Source of the DNA: an uncultured Clostridia bacterium
Lineage (GTDB): Bacteria > Bacillota > Clostridia > Oscillospirales > Oscillospiraceae
DNA length: 64,000 bases
Direction: 5' to 3'
NCBI GenBank assembly: GCA_947307255.1
Contig: CAMZIO010000003.1
Location: 7,428 to 71,427 of the forward strand
Position numbers and translations under genes: made by a program
Shown: in pieces, positions 49,063 to 57,932 of the stretch
How the letters are laid out: each line of letters starts with the position of its first letter
How positions within the stretch are numbered: the stretch's first letter is position 1
Notes under the pieces: generated by a model
What the model saw: only the letters and a program-made list of their open reading frames with translations
Databases searched by the model: none
What the model was told of the DNA's origin: nothing

Positions 49063-49866
49063 TTATTCCCTGATAACCGCGCCGGTTGAGCGGTTGACAT
49101 AATAATTGCTCACGTCGGTATGCACGCACCAGACGGGCACGAGACGCAGCGGCTCGGCCAGTGTGCTTTGCAGCAGATAGCCGCTGTCCAGTCCGGTTAC
49201 CGCGGTGCATACGACCACCGCGCCGGGGGAGTTTTGATAGTCCAGAAAGCGCACCAACGCGGAAACGGCGTCCATCTCGCCCACGCGCTCCTGCTCGGTA
49301 TAGGAGGTGAGCAGCGAGCCGGAGACCGAGACCGAGTCCCCTGCACGGAACTGGAGCGTCAACGTGGCGTTGTAGATCGGGGTGCCCCCAACCGTGCGGA
49401 CGAGCGTAACGGCGCCGATGCCGTTGTGAAGCTCACTGTGCACGATCGCATAGCCGAACTGCCGGCACAAATCGTTGCATAGCTTTTCCGGCGCGTCGAA
49501 GGCCGCGGCGCTCGAAACGTCCACGGTGCCGTTGGAACGGATCAGGCAGCTGCCGTGTTCGTTGTAAAAGCGGTGGATGCCGCCGCCGACCTCGCGCGAA
49601 AAGACCGGGCCGAGCAGGGCGGTGGCAAAAGCCTTTTCCTGTCCGTCGTCGCGGTAAAACTCGGGAGCGGCGTCCGGAAGGGTCTGGGGCAGAACGGTGG
49701 GGGAGAGAGTGATTTGATTGGCGGTAAACAGCTCCGTCAGCTCGTGGATGGAGCGCTCGTATGCGCTGCGCTCCTGCATATGCCGGTAAAGGAAGGGAAT
49801 CAGCAGCAGCAAATTGAGCAACAGCAGGATCACGATGACGATGCTTTTTACACGGGAAGGCTTCAT
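49063..49866 (-). CDS. YycI-like membrane-anchored accessory protein
   Basis: KSIVIVILLLLNLLL anchor, LVPVW..YYVNRSTG C-terminus; last gene of the walRK-like operon. Confidence 0.6.
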   Translation of the reverse strand: MKPSRVKSIVIVILLLLNLLLLIPFLYRHMQERSAYERSIHELTELFTANQITLSPTVLPQTLPDAAPEFYRDDGQEKAFATALLGPVFSREVGGGIHRFYNEHGSCLIRSNGTVDVSSAAAFDAPEKLCNDLCRQFGYAIVHSELHNGIGAVTLVRTVGGTPIYNATLTLQFRAGDSVSVSGSLLTSYTEQERVGEMDAVSALVRFLDYQNSPGAVVVCTAVTGLDSGYLLQSTLAEPLRLVPVWCVHTDVSNYYVNRSTGAVIRE

Positions 49867-49904
49867 CGTTCTGCTCCTTTCAAAGACGAATGGGACGCGG
49901 CGGA

Positions 49905-51215
49905 TCAGTCCGCCGTCCAGGAGGGCGTTACGGTTTCTCCACCGCCGTCGATATATGCCACGCTCAGCTCGGCGCCCGGTTTGATGCGGGCAATGGCCGC
50001 CGCCTGGCGCAGCGGAAGCAGCAGGGCGGTTTCGGCGGTAGCGGTATAGCGGCGCAGCCGCAGCGAAAACGCGCTGATACTCCCGCCCTTGACGGTTACA
50101 GTCGCAGCGTGCCCGCCGTCTGCAAAACGGATCGGCGTGCCGCCGCAGCAATAGTCGAAGACCACCTCGTATCCGCCGGCGGCGGATCGCGCGTCGACCA
50201 GATAGACGCCCGCCTCGCCGAGTTGCCCCTGCGTCAGCGTAACCATCAGCTTCTGCGCAGCAGCAATCGCCTCGCGCAGCGTGGGCGCGTTCGGCTGCTC
50301 AGACGGGACGGCGTAGACCGAACCGGGGTCGGCGCTGCCACCCTGATAGCCGATGACGCCGTTTGGATTCAAATGCAGCGTGCTGGCAGTCCCCCGCACA
50401 ATCACCGTGCCGGAGGACTCCACATAGCGGTTTTCCGTATATGCGTTGAATTCGGCGCGCCGCAGGAAATCCGCGCTGTCTGCCGGGGAGAAGGGCAGAT
50501 CGGCGGACAGAACGCAGCGCGGCGTCGCCTCGCTGAGGATCAGCGTTTCCGGCGCAAGCATGGCGTAGTCCGCGCCGGAGAGCATGGCAAACTCCGCGCC
50601 GTTTCCGTCCAGCGCCAGCAGGAGGGCGTCAAGCTCCTCCGTGCCAAGCGCGGTGGAACAGACGCAGCAGATGCCGTCCGCATCCGCCAGATGCAATGCG
50701 ACTCCGCCTGATTCATCGGGGCAGAGCAGCGCACGGCGTACGGTTGATAGCGGTAGCTCCGGGGTGGTAACGCCGAGCGCCAGCGCCAGACCGTCCGTGG
50801 GCAGCGCGGCGGTGAAGTCAAAGTAAACCCCCGTGCCGCGCAGCGCGCTTAAGAAGGCGTCCGGGTCCTCCCGTTCCGCCATATTCACCGTGCCGAGGGC
50901 TGCGCCCAGGTAGACGCCGGACGGGTTGAAGGCGTCGTCCAGCGTGGTCAACGCGTCAAACCCCAGACGGGTATAGTCGTTGCTCAGCACCAGACGCAGG
51001 GGAGCGCCCAGCGTAGCGAGAGAAGTCGTTTCCTTCTGCACGGGCGCGGCGCCTTTTTTGGCCCAGCCCTTTGCCAGATCCAGGAGGCTCAGGTCAGAGA
51101 GCGCGCCGAACAGCGGTATACTGGACAGCAGCGCGAGAGCGGAGAGCGTAAGCAGGAAAATAGCCAGATTCTGCAGCCGATCCACCCGCGAGCGTTTTTT
51201 AACCGTCTTAGCCAT
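49905..51215 (-). CDS. YycH-like membrane-anchored accessory protein
   Basis: Single N-terminal TM, large extracellular domain, C-terminal Y....TPSW; overlaps the kinase stop. Confidence 0.55.
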   Translation of the reverse strand: MAKTVKKRSRVDRLQNLAIFLLTLSALALLSSIPLFGALSDLSLLDLAKGWAKKGAAPVQKETTSLATLGAPLRLVLSNDYTRLGFDALTTLDDAFNPSGVYLGAALGTVNMAEREDPDAFLSALRGTGVYFDFTAALPTDGLALALGVTTPELPLSTVRRALLCPDESGGVALHLADADGICCVCSTALGTEELDALLLALDGNGAEFAMLSGADYAMLAPETLILSEATPRCVLSADLPFSPADSADFLRRAEFNAYTENRYVESSGTVIVRGTASTLHLNPNGVIGYQGGSADPGSVYAVPSEQPNAPTLREAIAAAQKLMVTLTQGQLGEAGVYLVDARSAAGGYEVVFDYCCGGTPIRFADGGHAATVTVKGGSISAFSLRLRRYTATAETALLLPLRQAAAIARIKPGAELSVAYIDGGGETVTPSWTAD

Positions 51216-52986
51216 AGGAAGCCTCCCCAACGACGTGCTGCAGAATCGGCAGCTCCAGACGCACGGTGGTGCCCGGTCCCTCGTGCTCGGCAAGCGAAAG
51301 CGTGCCGTTGTGCCGCTGGACGATCTCCGTGGCGATGGAAAGACCGAGACCCGTACCGCCGGATTCACGCGAGCGCGCCTTGTCCACACGATAGAAGCGC
51401 TCGAAGATCCGCTCACGGTCCGCCACGGGAATGCCGATACCGTCGTCGCTGACCTCCATCCACACCCGGCCTTCGGCGGCCCCGGCGGTAACGTGGATAT
51501 GGCCGCCGTCGGGAGTATACTTGACGGCGTTGCTCAGCACGTTGAGCATTACCTGCTCGATTCGCCCGCGGTCGCCCATCACCAGCGGCAGATCGGTGAG
51601 ATACTCATGCGTAAGCTCGTGCCCGTGCCGCTGCGCCTCCAGCGCGATGGAGCGCAGGACGTTGTCGATCGCCTCACCGAAGGGAAAGCGCGCCATGACC
51701 ATCTCCGTGCGCCCGGAGTCCAAGCGCGAGAGCGTGAGCAGATCCTGCACGATATGGGTCATCCGATCCGTCTCCTGGATCACCACGTCGAGGAAGCCGT
51801 TTTCCGTTTCCCGCGGCAGATCGCCGTCGGCGTCGCGGATCGTTTCGGCGTAGGAGCGGATATTGGTCAGCGGGGTGCGCAGCTCGTGCGAGACATTTGC
51901 CACGAACTCGCGGCGGCGGTCCTCAGTTTTGCGCTGCTCGGTTACGTCGTGCAGCACGATCAGCACGCCGCCGCGATCTTCATCGGAGAAGGGCGCGAAG
52001 TAAAGCTCCACCGAGCGGTCGCCCACGGTCAGCGTGGATTCGATAAAGTCGTCGCGCTGCATACTCATCACGCGCTCGAACGGGCAAAGCGGCTCGAATA
52101 CCGTGGCGTAGTCGCACTCCTGCGGGGCACGACCCAGCAGTCCCACGGCCGCGGGGTTGCAGTGGATCAGTGCGCCGTCGCGGTCGTAAGCCACCACGCC
52201 GTCGGTCATGTGCAAAAAGAGCGTGTCAAGCTTGTTGCGCTCGTTTTCCACGGCGTCCAGCGTTTCGTGCAGTACGGAGGCCATATCGTTGAAGGTGTTG
52301 GTCAAAATACCCAGCTCGTCGGTGGAGTCCACCTCCAACTGTTCGTCAAAGTCGCCGCTGGCGATGCGCTCAGCGCCCTCGGTCAGCTTTTCGATGGGGT
52401 CGATCATCGTCTTTGCCAGCAGAAAGCTCAAAAGCACCGACACCAGCAGACCCACCAGCAGCGCCTGCAGGATGATCAGCAGCAGTTGGGAATTCAGGCT
52501 TGCCACGGTGCTGCGGTTGTCGCGGATGTAGACGATGTAATGATTCTCGCCGCCGGAGATCGGTACGGCAACGTCCATGAAGTTGGAGGCAATGTCGCGC
52601 TTATCACCGACCTTACCGTTGCGCGCGGTGAGGATATTGGCGGTTTGCTGCAGTGTAGCGCCGCCCTCTTCGTCGCTGCCGGCGAGGAATTCACCGGTGT
52701 CTGCGTCGAGAACGTAGTAATTGCGGCTGCGCGAGTCGATACCCAGCGTACCGGCGTACAGCTCCAGCAGCGACTGGATGCGGCGATACCCCTCGTCCTG
52801 CCCGGCCTCCGCACGCAGGGAGCTGACGAAATCGGCGTCGCCAAAGGCGTCGCTCATCTGTTGATAAAAATCGTCGATAAAAAAGTTGGTAACGCGCGTG
52901 ATCAAAAACGCGCCGACCACCGCCATTAGCGACGTAACGAGCAGCAGCAGGATCATCACCAGCTTCATATGCAGGCTGCGAAACAT
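51208..52986 (-). CDS. walK: WalK-like sensor histidine kinase (TM-HAMP-PAS-HisKA-HATPase)
   Basis: MTDGVVAYDRDG PAS, REFVANVSHELRTPLT, FYRVDKARSRESGGTGLGL. Confidence 0.8.
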   Translation of the reverse strand: MFRSLHMKLVMILLLLVTSLMAVVGAFLITRVTNFFIDDFYQQMSDAFGDADFVSSLRAEAGQDEGYRRIQSLLELYAGTLGIDSRSRNYYVLDADTGEFLAGSDEEGGATLQQTANILTARNGKVGDKRDIASNFMDVAVPISGGENHYIVYIRDNRSTVASLNSQLLLIILQALLVGLLVSVLLSFLLAKTMIDPIEKLTEGAERIASGDFDEQLEVDSTDELGILTNTFNDMASVLHETLDAVENERNKLDTLFLHMTDGVVAYDRDGALIHCNPAAVGLLGRAPQECDYATVFEPLCPFERVMSMQRDDFIESTLTVGDRSVELYFAPFSDEDRGGVLIVLHDVTEQRKTEDRRREFVANVSHELRTPLTNIRSYAETIRDADGDLPRETENGFLDVVIQETDRMTHIVQDLLTLSRLDSGRTEMVMARFPFGEAIDNVLRSIALEAQRHGHELTHEYLTDLPLVMGDRGRIEQVMLNVLSNAVKYTPDGGHIHVTAGAAEGRVWMEVSDDGIGIPVADRERIFERFYRVDKARSRESGGTGLGLSIATEIVQRHNGTLSLAEHEGPGTTVRLELPILQHVVGEASYG

Positions 52987-53031
52987 CGGCAAACCTCCTT
53001 CCCCCGTCGCGGCCGGGCCGCGGCAGAATTC

Positions 53032-53739
53032 TTATGACCGGCCGGAATAGTAGTACCCCACGCCCCGGCGGGTGAGGATAAAGGCGGGAGAGGCGGGATC
53101 GTCTTCAATCTTTTCACGCAGGCGGCGCACGGTAACGTCGACCGTGCGCGCATCGTCGCCCACGTAGCCGTAATTCCACACCTGTTCCATCAGATCCACG
53201 CGGGAGAACACCTTTTCCGGGTGGCTTGCCAGAAAAGTCAGCAGCTCGTATTCGCGCTGGGTCAGGTCAATTGGCACGCCGTGCTTATAGACCTGATAGT
53301 TGTCGGTGTTGATCGTGATGCCGCCGCCGGCGGACATGGCGTTTTCCTGCGCGGTCGGCGCGCTCATCGCCGTGCGGCGGATATTCGCTTTTACGCGGGC
53401 AACCAGCTCGCGCATGGAAAAGGGCTTGGTGATATAGTCGTCCGCGCCAATCTCAAGACCGAGCACCTTGTCTTCCTCCTCCTCGCGCGCGGTGAGGATG
53501 ATAATGGGGACGTTGTCCCCCTCGCTGCGCAGCGCGCGGCAGACGTCAAAGCCCATCATCTTCGGCATCATCACGTCCAGCAATATGAGGGCGGGCTTTT
53601 CCGTGCGCGCCAGCGCAAGCCCCTCCTCGCCGTCGTAGGCCTCCAGCGTGTCGTAGCCCTCGCGCAGCAGGTTGAAGCGGATAATGTCAACGATACTCTT
53701 CTCGTCCTCCACGATGAGGACGCGCTTTTTCTGTTCCAT
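53032..53739 (-). CDS. walR: WalR-like OmpR-family response regulator
   Basis: VWNYGYVGDDARTVDVTVRRLREKIEDDPASP..ILTRRGVGYY, typical of WalR. Confidence 0.85.
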   Translation of the reverse strand: MEQKKRVLIVEDEKSIVDIIRFNLLREGYDTLEAYDGEEGLALARTEKPALILLDVMMPKMMGFDVCRALRSEGDNVPIIILTAREEEEDKVLGLEIGADDYITKPFSMRELVARVKANIRRTAMSAPTAQENAMSAGGGITINTDNYQVYKHGVPIDLTQREYELLTFLASHPEKVFSRVDLMEQVWNYGYVGDDARTVDVTVRRLREKIEDDPASPAFILTRRGVGYYYSGRS

Positions 53740-53748
53740 AAGTCCTCC

Positions 53749-54294
53749 TTATACCTTGCCCTGCATCCGCAGTGCGTGTACCTTCAGGATCCCCACGACG
53801 GTTTTGGCGTCCTGGATCTCGCCGGAGAGCACGCGGCGCAGCATCTCGTCGAACGGCGTGCGGACGAGAGACAAAAACTCATCGGCGTCCGGCGACTGTG
53901 CGCCGCAGGAAAGCTCCTGCGCGAGATAGAGGTGCAGCACCTCGCCGTAGCAGCCGGGGGAGACGATCAGCGTGCCGAGCGGCGTAAAGCGTGCGGGCAC
54001 TGCGCCCGTTTCCTCCCGCAGCTCCCGCAGCGCGGCGTCGTCGGGGGCTTCGCCCGGCTCCAGCTTCCCGGCGGGGATCTCCTCCATCACCCGGGAGAAG
54101 ACATAGCGGTACTGCTTCACGGTCAGCACGTTGTCTGCCTCGTCGATGGCCACGATCGCCACGCCGCCAGGGTGATCGGCCACTTCGCGCAGCGATTGTC
54201 TGCCATTGGGCAGGAGCACCGTGTCGCAGCGGACGTGTAAAACCCGCCCGTCGTAAATCGTTTGGGAGGATAACCGTTTTTCCGTCATGTCCAT
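53749..54294 (-). CDS. NUDIX hydrolase (ADP-ribose pyrophosphatase-like)
   Basis: EIPAGKLEPGEAPDDAALRELREETG, HPGGV, DAKT. Confidence 0.93.
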   Translation of the reverse strand: MDMTEKRLSSQTIYDGRVLHVRCDTVLLPNGRQSLREVADHPGGVAIVAIDEADNVLTVKQYRYVFSRVMEEIPAGKLEPGEAPDDAALRELREETGAVPARFTPLGTLIVSPGCYGEVLHLYLAQELSCGAQSPDADEFLSLVRTPFDEMLRRVLSGEIQDAKTVVGILKVHALRMQGKV

Positions 54295-54540
54295 AGCGTA
54301 CCGCTCCTTAAAAAGAATGATTGACCATACTACTCCATATTAATAATCACAGTATACCACGGTGCTGAGTAAAATTCCACAACAAATTGCAGCTTTTTGC
54401 GCAAAAGCGGCGGACCGGGTTCCCGACGCGCCGCCGATCTGTGCGAAGAGGGGGCGGGAGGGGATTGCGATTTCCCTCCGGTGCAATGCAGGCAGGACGC
54501 CTGCGCCGCAGGCGAAAATGTTAAGTTTCCGTTACAGCGC

Positions 54541-54569
54541 TTGAATAAGAGAAAAGAATATGCTACAAT
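54541..54569 (+). promoter_or_regulatory. SigA promoter of smpB
   Basis: TTGAAT-17 bp-TACAAT with an extended TG. Confidence 0.65.
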
Positions 54570-54635
54570 CTAAAGCCGATAGCTGATCCGACAACTCGTC
54601 TGTTGACGAGGGGATAAAAAGGAGGCGGGTGTGCC

Positions 54636-55100
54636 GTGGCGGAGAAAAAGGGAATCAAGGTCATGGCGCAGAACCGCAAGGCGTTCCACGACTATTTTGT
54701 GGAGGATCGCTATGAGGCGGGGATCGAGCTGAAGGGCACGGAGGTCAAATCCGTGCGCGCGGGCACGCTCAACCTGAAGGACAGCTACGTTATTGCCAAG
54801 AACGGCGAAGCCTATGTCCACGGTATGCACATCTCGCCCTATGACAAGGGCAACATCTTCAACCACGATCCTGACCGCCCGAAGCGCCTGCTGCTGCACA
54901 AGCGCGAGATCGTGAAGCTTGCCGCCCTCGCCGCGCAGGAGGGCTACGCCCTCATCCCGCTGAGCGTGTATTTTAAGGACGCGCGCGTCAAGGTGGAGCT
55001 TGGCGTCTGCCGCGGCAAGAAAAACTACGACAAACGCGAAGCCTCCGCCCAGAGGGACGCCCGGCGCGAAATGGATCGCGCGATGAAATCGCGTTACTGA
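54636..55100 (+). CDS. smpB: SsrA-binding protein SmpB
   Basis: NRKAFHDY, EAGIELKGTEVKS, LLLHKREI, GKKNYDKR. Confidence 0.98.
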   Translation: MAEKKGIKVMAQNRKAFHDYFVEDRYEAGIELKGTEVKSVRAGTLNLKDSYVIAKNGEAYVHGMHISPYDKGNIFNHDPDRPKRLLLHKREIVKLAALAAQEGYALIPLSVYFKDARVKVELGVCRGKKNYDKREASAQRDARREMDRAMKSRY

Positions 55101-55152
55101 AAGCAAAACGACCGCGGTATGTCGCAGAAGATATGAAATGGAGGAACGATCC

Positions 55153-55677
55153 ATGGCTGAAAAACCCATCGTAACCATCACTATGGCGGACGGCGCCGTG
55201 ATGCGCGGGGAGCTGTATCCCGACCTGGCACCCAACACCGTCAACAACTTTATCGCGCTTGCCAACGCCGGATTTTACGACGGGCTGATTTTCCACCGCG
55301 TGATTCCCGGCTTTATGATCCAGGGCGGCTGCCCGGACGGGACCGGCATGGGCGGCCCGGGCTACGAGATCCGCGGCGAGTTTTCTGCCAACGGCTTCCC
55401 GAACGACCTTAGGCACACCACCGGCGTTTTGTCCATGGCGCGCACGATGGCGCCGGACAGCGCCGGCAGCCAGTTTTTCATCATGGTGGCGGATGCGCCG
55501 CATCTGGACGGGCAGTATGCCGCCTTCGGCAAGATCACGGACAATGCCGACGCGGCCATTGCGATTTCCCGTGTCAACCGCGATATGTTCACCGATAAGC
55601 CCAAAAAGCCGCAGACCATTGCCTCGATCCGCGTGGACACGCAAGGCGTGGCATATCCCGCGCCGGAGAAGGTATGA
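55153..55677 (+). CDS. Cyclophilin-type peptidyl-prolyl isomerase
   Basis: FHRVIPGFMIQGG, LSMAR, SAGSQFFI, HLDGQYAAFG. Confidence 0.96.
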   Translation: MAEKPIVTITMADGAVMRGELYPDLAPNTVNNFIALANAGFYDGLIFHRVIPGFMIQGGCPDGTGMGGPGYEIRGEFSANGFPNDLRHTTGVLSMARTMAPDSAGSQFFIMVADAPHLDGQYAAFGKITDNADAAIAISRVNRDMFTDKPKKPQTIASIRVDTQGVAYPAPEKV

Positions 55678-56432
55678 GAACTGCAATCATCACCGGGGCA
55701 TCCTCCGGCCTGGGACGCGAGCTGGCGCACCAGATCGCACGTACGTTCCCGGAGGTTGAGTGCTTCTGGTTAATCGCCCGGCGGGAGGGGCGGCTGCGTG
55801 AGCTCTCCGGTGAACTGGGCGCGCGCAAGATATACAGTATGTCGCTCGACCTTTGCGATGAGAAGAGCTTCGAAACGCTGGCCGAGCAGCTGCGCGAGGA
55901 ACGGCCGGAGATTACGCTGCTGGTGAATAACGCCGGATGCGGGTATCTCGGCAACGTGGACGAAACGCCGCTTGAGCGGCAGACGACTATGACGAAGCTG
56001 AACGTTACCGCGTTGACGGCGATGACGCGCCTGTGCCTTGACTATATGCCGCGCGGCGCGCGCATTCTCAATATCTCGTCCATCGCGTCGTTTTGCCCCA
56101 ACCCACGTCTGACCGTGTACAGCGCCACGAAGTATTATGTTTCGGCGTACAGCCGCAGCCTCGGCGTGGAGTTGAAAAACCGCGGCATTACGGTTACGGC
56201 GGTGTGCCCCGGGCCGATGGCAACGGAGTTTTTGGAGGTTGGCGGCATCACGGGCAACTCGCCCCAGTTTGAGCGCCTGCCCTATTGCGACCCGAAGAAG
56301 GTCGCGCGCGGGGCGGTCAAGGCCGCCAGGGCGGGCCGCGCGGTGTATACGCCCACGGCGTTCTACAAGTTTTACCGCCTCGCCGCCAAGGTTGTACCCC
56401 AGCGGTGGATGATCAAGGCAACGGGCACGTAA
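55674..56432 (+). CDS. Short-chain dehydrogenase/reductase
   Basis: TGASSGLG, NNAG, YSATK, CPGP. Confidence 0.94.
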   Translation: MRTAIITGASSGLGRELAHQIARTFPEVECFWLIARREGRLRELSGELGARKIYSMSLDLCDEKSFETLAEQLREERPEITLLVNNAGCGYLGNVDETPLERQTTMTKLNVTALTAMTRLCLDYMPRGARILNISSIASFCPNPRLTVYSATKYYVSAYSRSLGVELKNRGITVTAVCPGPMATEFLEVGGITGNSPQFERLPYCDPKKVARGAVKAARAGRAVYTPTAFYKFYRLAAKVVPQRWMIKATGT

Positions 56433-56492
56433 GAATAACAGACCTGCATTCGCATCTTTCCCAACCGCGGCACGGAAACGCGCCGCTCATAT

Positions 56493-56842
56493 GGGGGCGT
56501 ACCGGTTTCGACGGGGGTGTGGAGGCAGGATAAGCGGGCGGAGGCGCCTGGCCTCCTTAAAACGGGCAACTTATAAATTAAAGAACAACGATAATACTGT
56601 TCTTGCAGCTGCCTGATTGCGGCTGCCGTCTGAACTGAGAGGGCCGCGGCTTAGGGAAGGCGTCGTTTAGCGGCGAACGTGAGGCGGGAAAGAGTTGACC
56701 TGCCCATGCATCATGACTCTACTCAAGCGCAAAGTCTGTCAAGTGCCTTTGCGTGGCGGGAATGCTTAAAACTTGACTGCGCCCGGAGAAAGTCCTGTTA
56801 AAACGCTTTCGGACAGGGGTTCGACTCCCCTCGCCTCCACCA
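56493..56842 (+). ncRNA. ssrA: tmRNA
   Basis: 5' GGGGGCGTACCGGTTTCGAC; tag ORF ...NNDNTVLAAA*; 3' GGTTCGACTCCCCTCGCCTCCACCA with a G-U acceptor pair. Confidence 0.96.
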
Positions 56843-56886
56843 AAGCGAAAATCCTGTCGACGACAGTCGGCAGGATTTTCGCTTTG
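56841..56886 (+). terminator. ssrA terminator
   Basis: CAAAGCGAAAATCCTGTCGAC/GTCGGCAGGATTTTCGCTTTG. Confidence 0.85.
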
Positions 56887-56891
56887 TATTC

Positions 56892-56979
56892 TTCATTTTT
56901 AAGTTTTCAGTATTCATTCTTCAGTTCCTCCGACAGGATTTTCTAAGTGAGTATTGAAGACTTAAGACTGAAAAATGAA
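56892..56979. repeat. Inverted pair of five-unit degenerate heptamer arrays
   Basis: TTCATTT TTAAGTT TTCAGTA TTCATTC TTCAGTT (56892-56926) and AAGTGAG TATTGAA GACTTAA GACTGAA AAATGAA (56945-56979). Confidence 0.8.
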
Positions 56980-57535
56980 TAATAGTTGCGATATCTGTAT
57001 GATCGTTGATTATCCTTTTGGCTCCTATCTTGTCTGCATGTTTTTGCCGATCGGCTATATTATTATGACAGCCGGTTTTCAAAACGAATGTTGCGATGAA
57101 CGGCGTGTGTCTGCCAATATAGGATTGGTCTTTTCTGCAATTTATGCAGTTTTCATTTTTCTGGTCTATTTTGCACAAATGACAAGCGTCCGGCAGGAGA
57201 CTCTGACAGAGCAGGCAATCCGGCTGCTGGATTATCAACGTGGCGGCCTGCTTTTCAACTACGACTTGCTCGGATACGGGATGATGGCACTTTCCACCTT
57301 TTTCGTTGGGCTCTCCATTAAAGCGAACAGTAATGCGGATAAGTGGCTGAAAAACTTGCTGATGATACACGGATTTTTCTTTATAGGTTGCTTTTTTATG
57401 CCGATGACTGGCGTATTTACAAGCATGGCGGATAGCGAAAGCGGCAAAGGAGGCACAATTGCCCTCTTGATCTGGTGCATCTATTTTCTCCCGATCGGCG
57501 TCTTGGCATATAAGCATTTCACAAATAAAACGTGA
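56975..57535 (+). CDS. AT-rich multi-pass membrane protein, probably 5'-truncated
   Basis: About 5 hydrophobic helices; much lower GC than the host; ATG lies inside the heptamer repeat with no RBS. Confidence 0.65.
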   Translation: MNNSCDICMIVDYPFGSYLVCMFLPIGYIIMTAGFQNECCDERRVSANIGLVFSAIYAVFIFLVYFAQMTSVRQETLTEQAIRLLDYQRGGLLFNYDLLGYGMMALSTFFVGLSIKANSNADKWLKNLLMIHGFFFIGCFFMPMTGVFTSMADSESGKGGTIALLIWCIYFLPIGVLAYKHFTNKT

Positions 57536-57620
57536 CGTTGATATCCTCTATTGTTCACGAGGGCTTGAATCCATCTGCTCAAAACACAAATCCATCTTTT
57601 TTGTACCCAATAGACAAAAA

Positions 57621-57734
57621 GGAAAGCACGCTTTCGCGTGCTTTTCTTTTTGGTGGAGGCTGCCGCTGTGCGGCAGATAGATTGCATGACCTTGGGAGGG
57701 GAGTACCCTCCCCTCCCAAGCCCACCCCATGCAA
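57621..57734 (-). repeat. Inverted, split copy of the ssrA 3' end with hairpins
   Basis: Minus strand ACTCCCCTC (57696-57704), 35 nt, GCCTCCACCAAA (57649-57660), then hairpin AAAGCACGC-GAAA-GCGTGCTTT; palindrome CTTGGGAGGGGAG/CTCCCCTCCCAAG. Confidence 0.65.
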
Positions 57735-57932
57735 ACACAATGAGGGGTTATGATCTGCGGCCCACGAAACTACCGATAGCATTCCGGTCCGTTCCCGCCG
57801 TTTGCGCATTTTTTCCGTCCGGTGATAGACACGACGGCGGGCGGGTGATATAATACAACACGACGGCGGGCGGTGTCGCTTTCTGCGCTGCCCGCAAAAG
57901 AACGTAACAGAACAGAACGGGAGGATTTGGCT

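Noticed and set aside
54636-56842. smpB-ppi-SDR-ssrA as a new functional pathway
   Set aside because: smpB-ssrA linkage is common, and nothing in the sequence ties the two intervening enzymes to trans-translation
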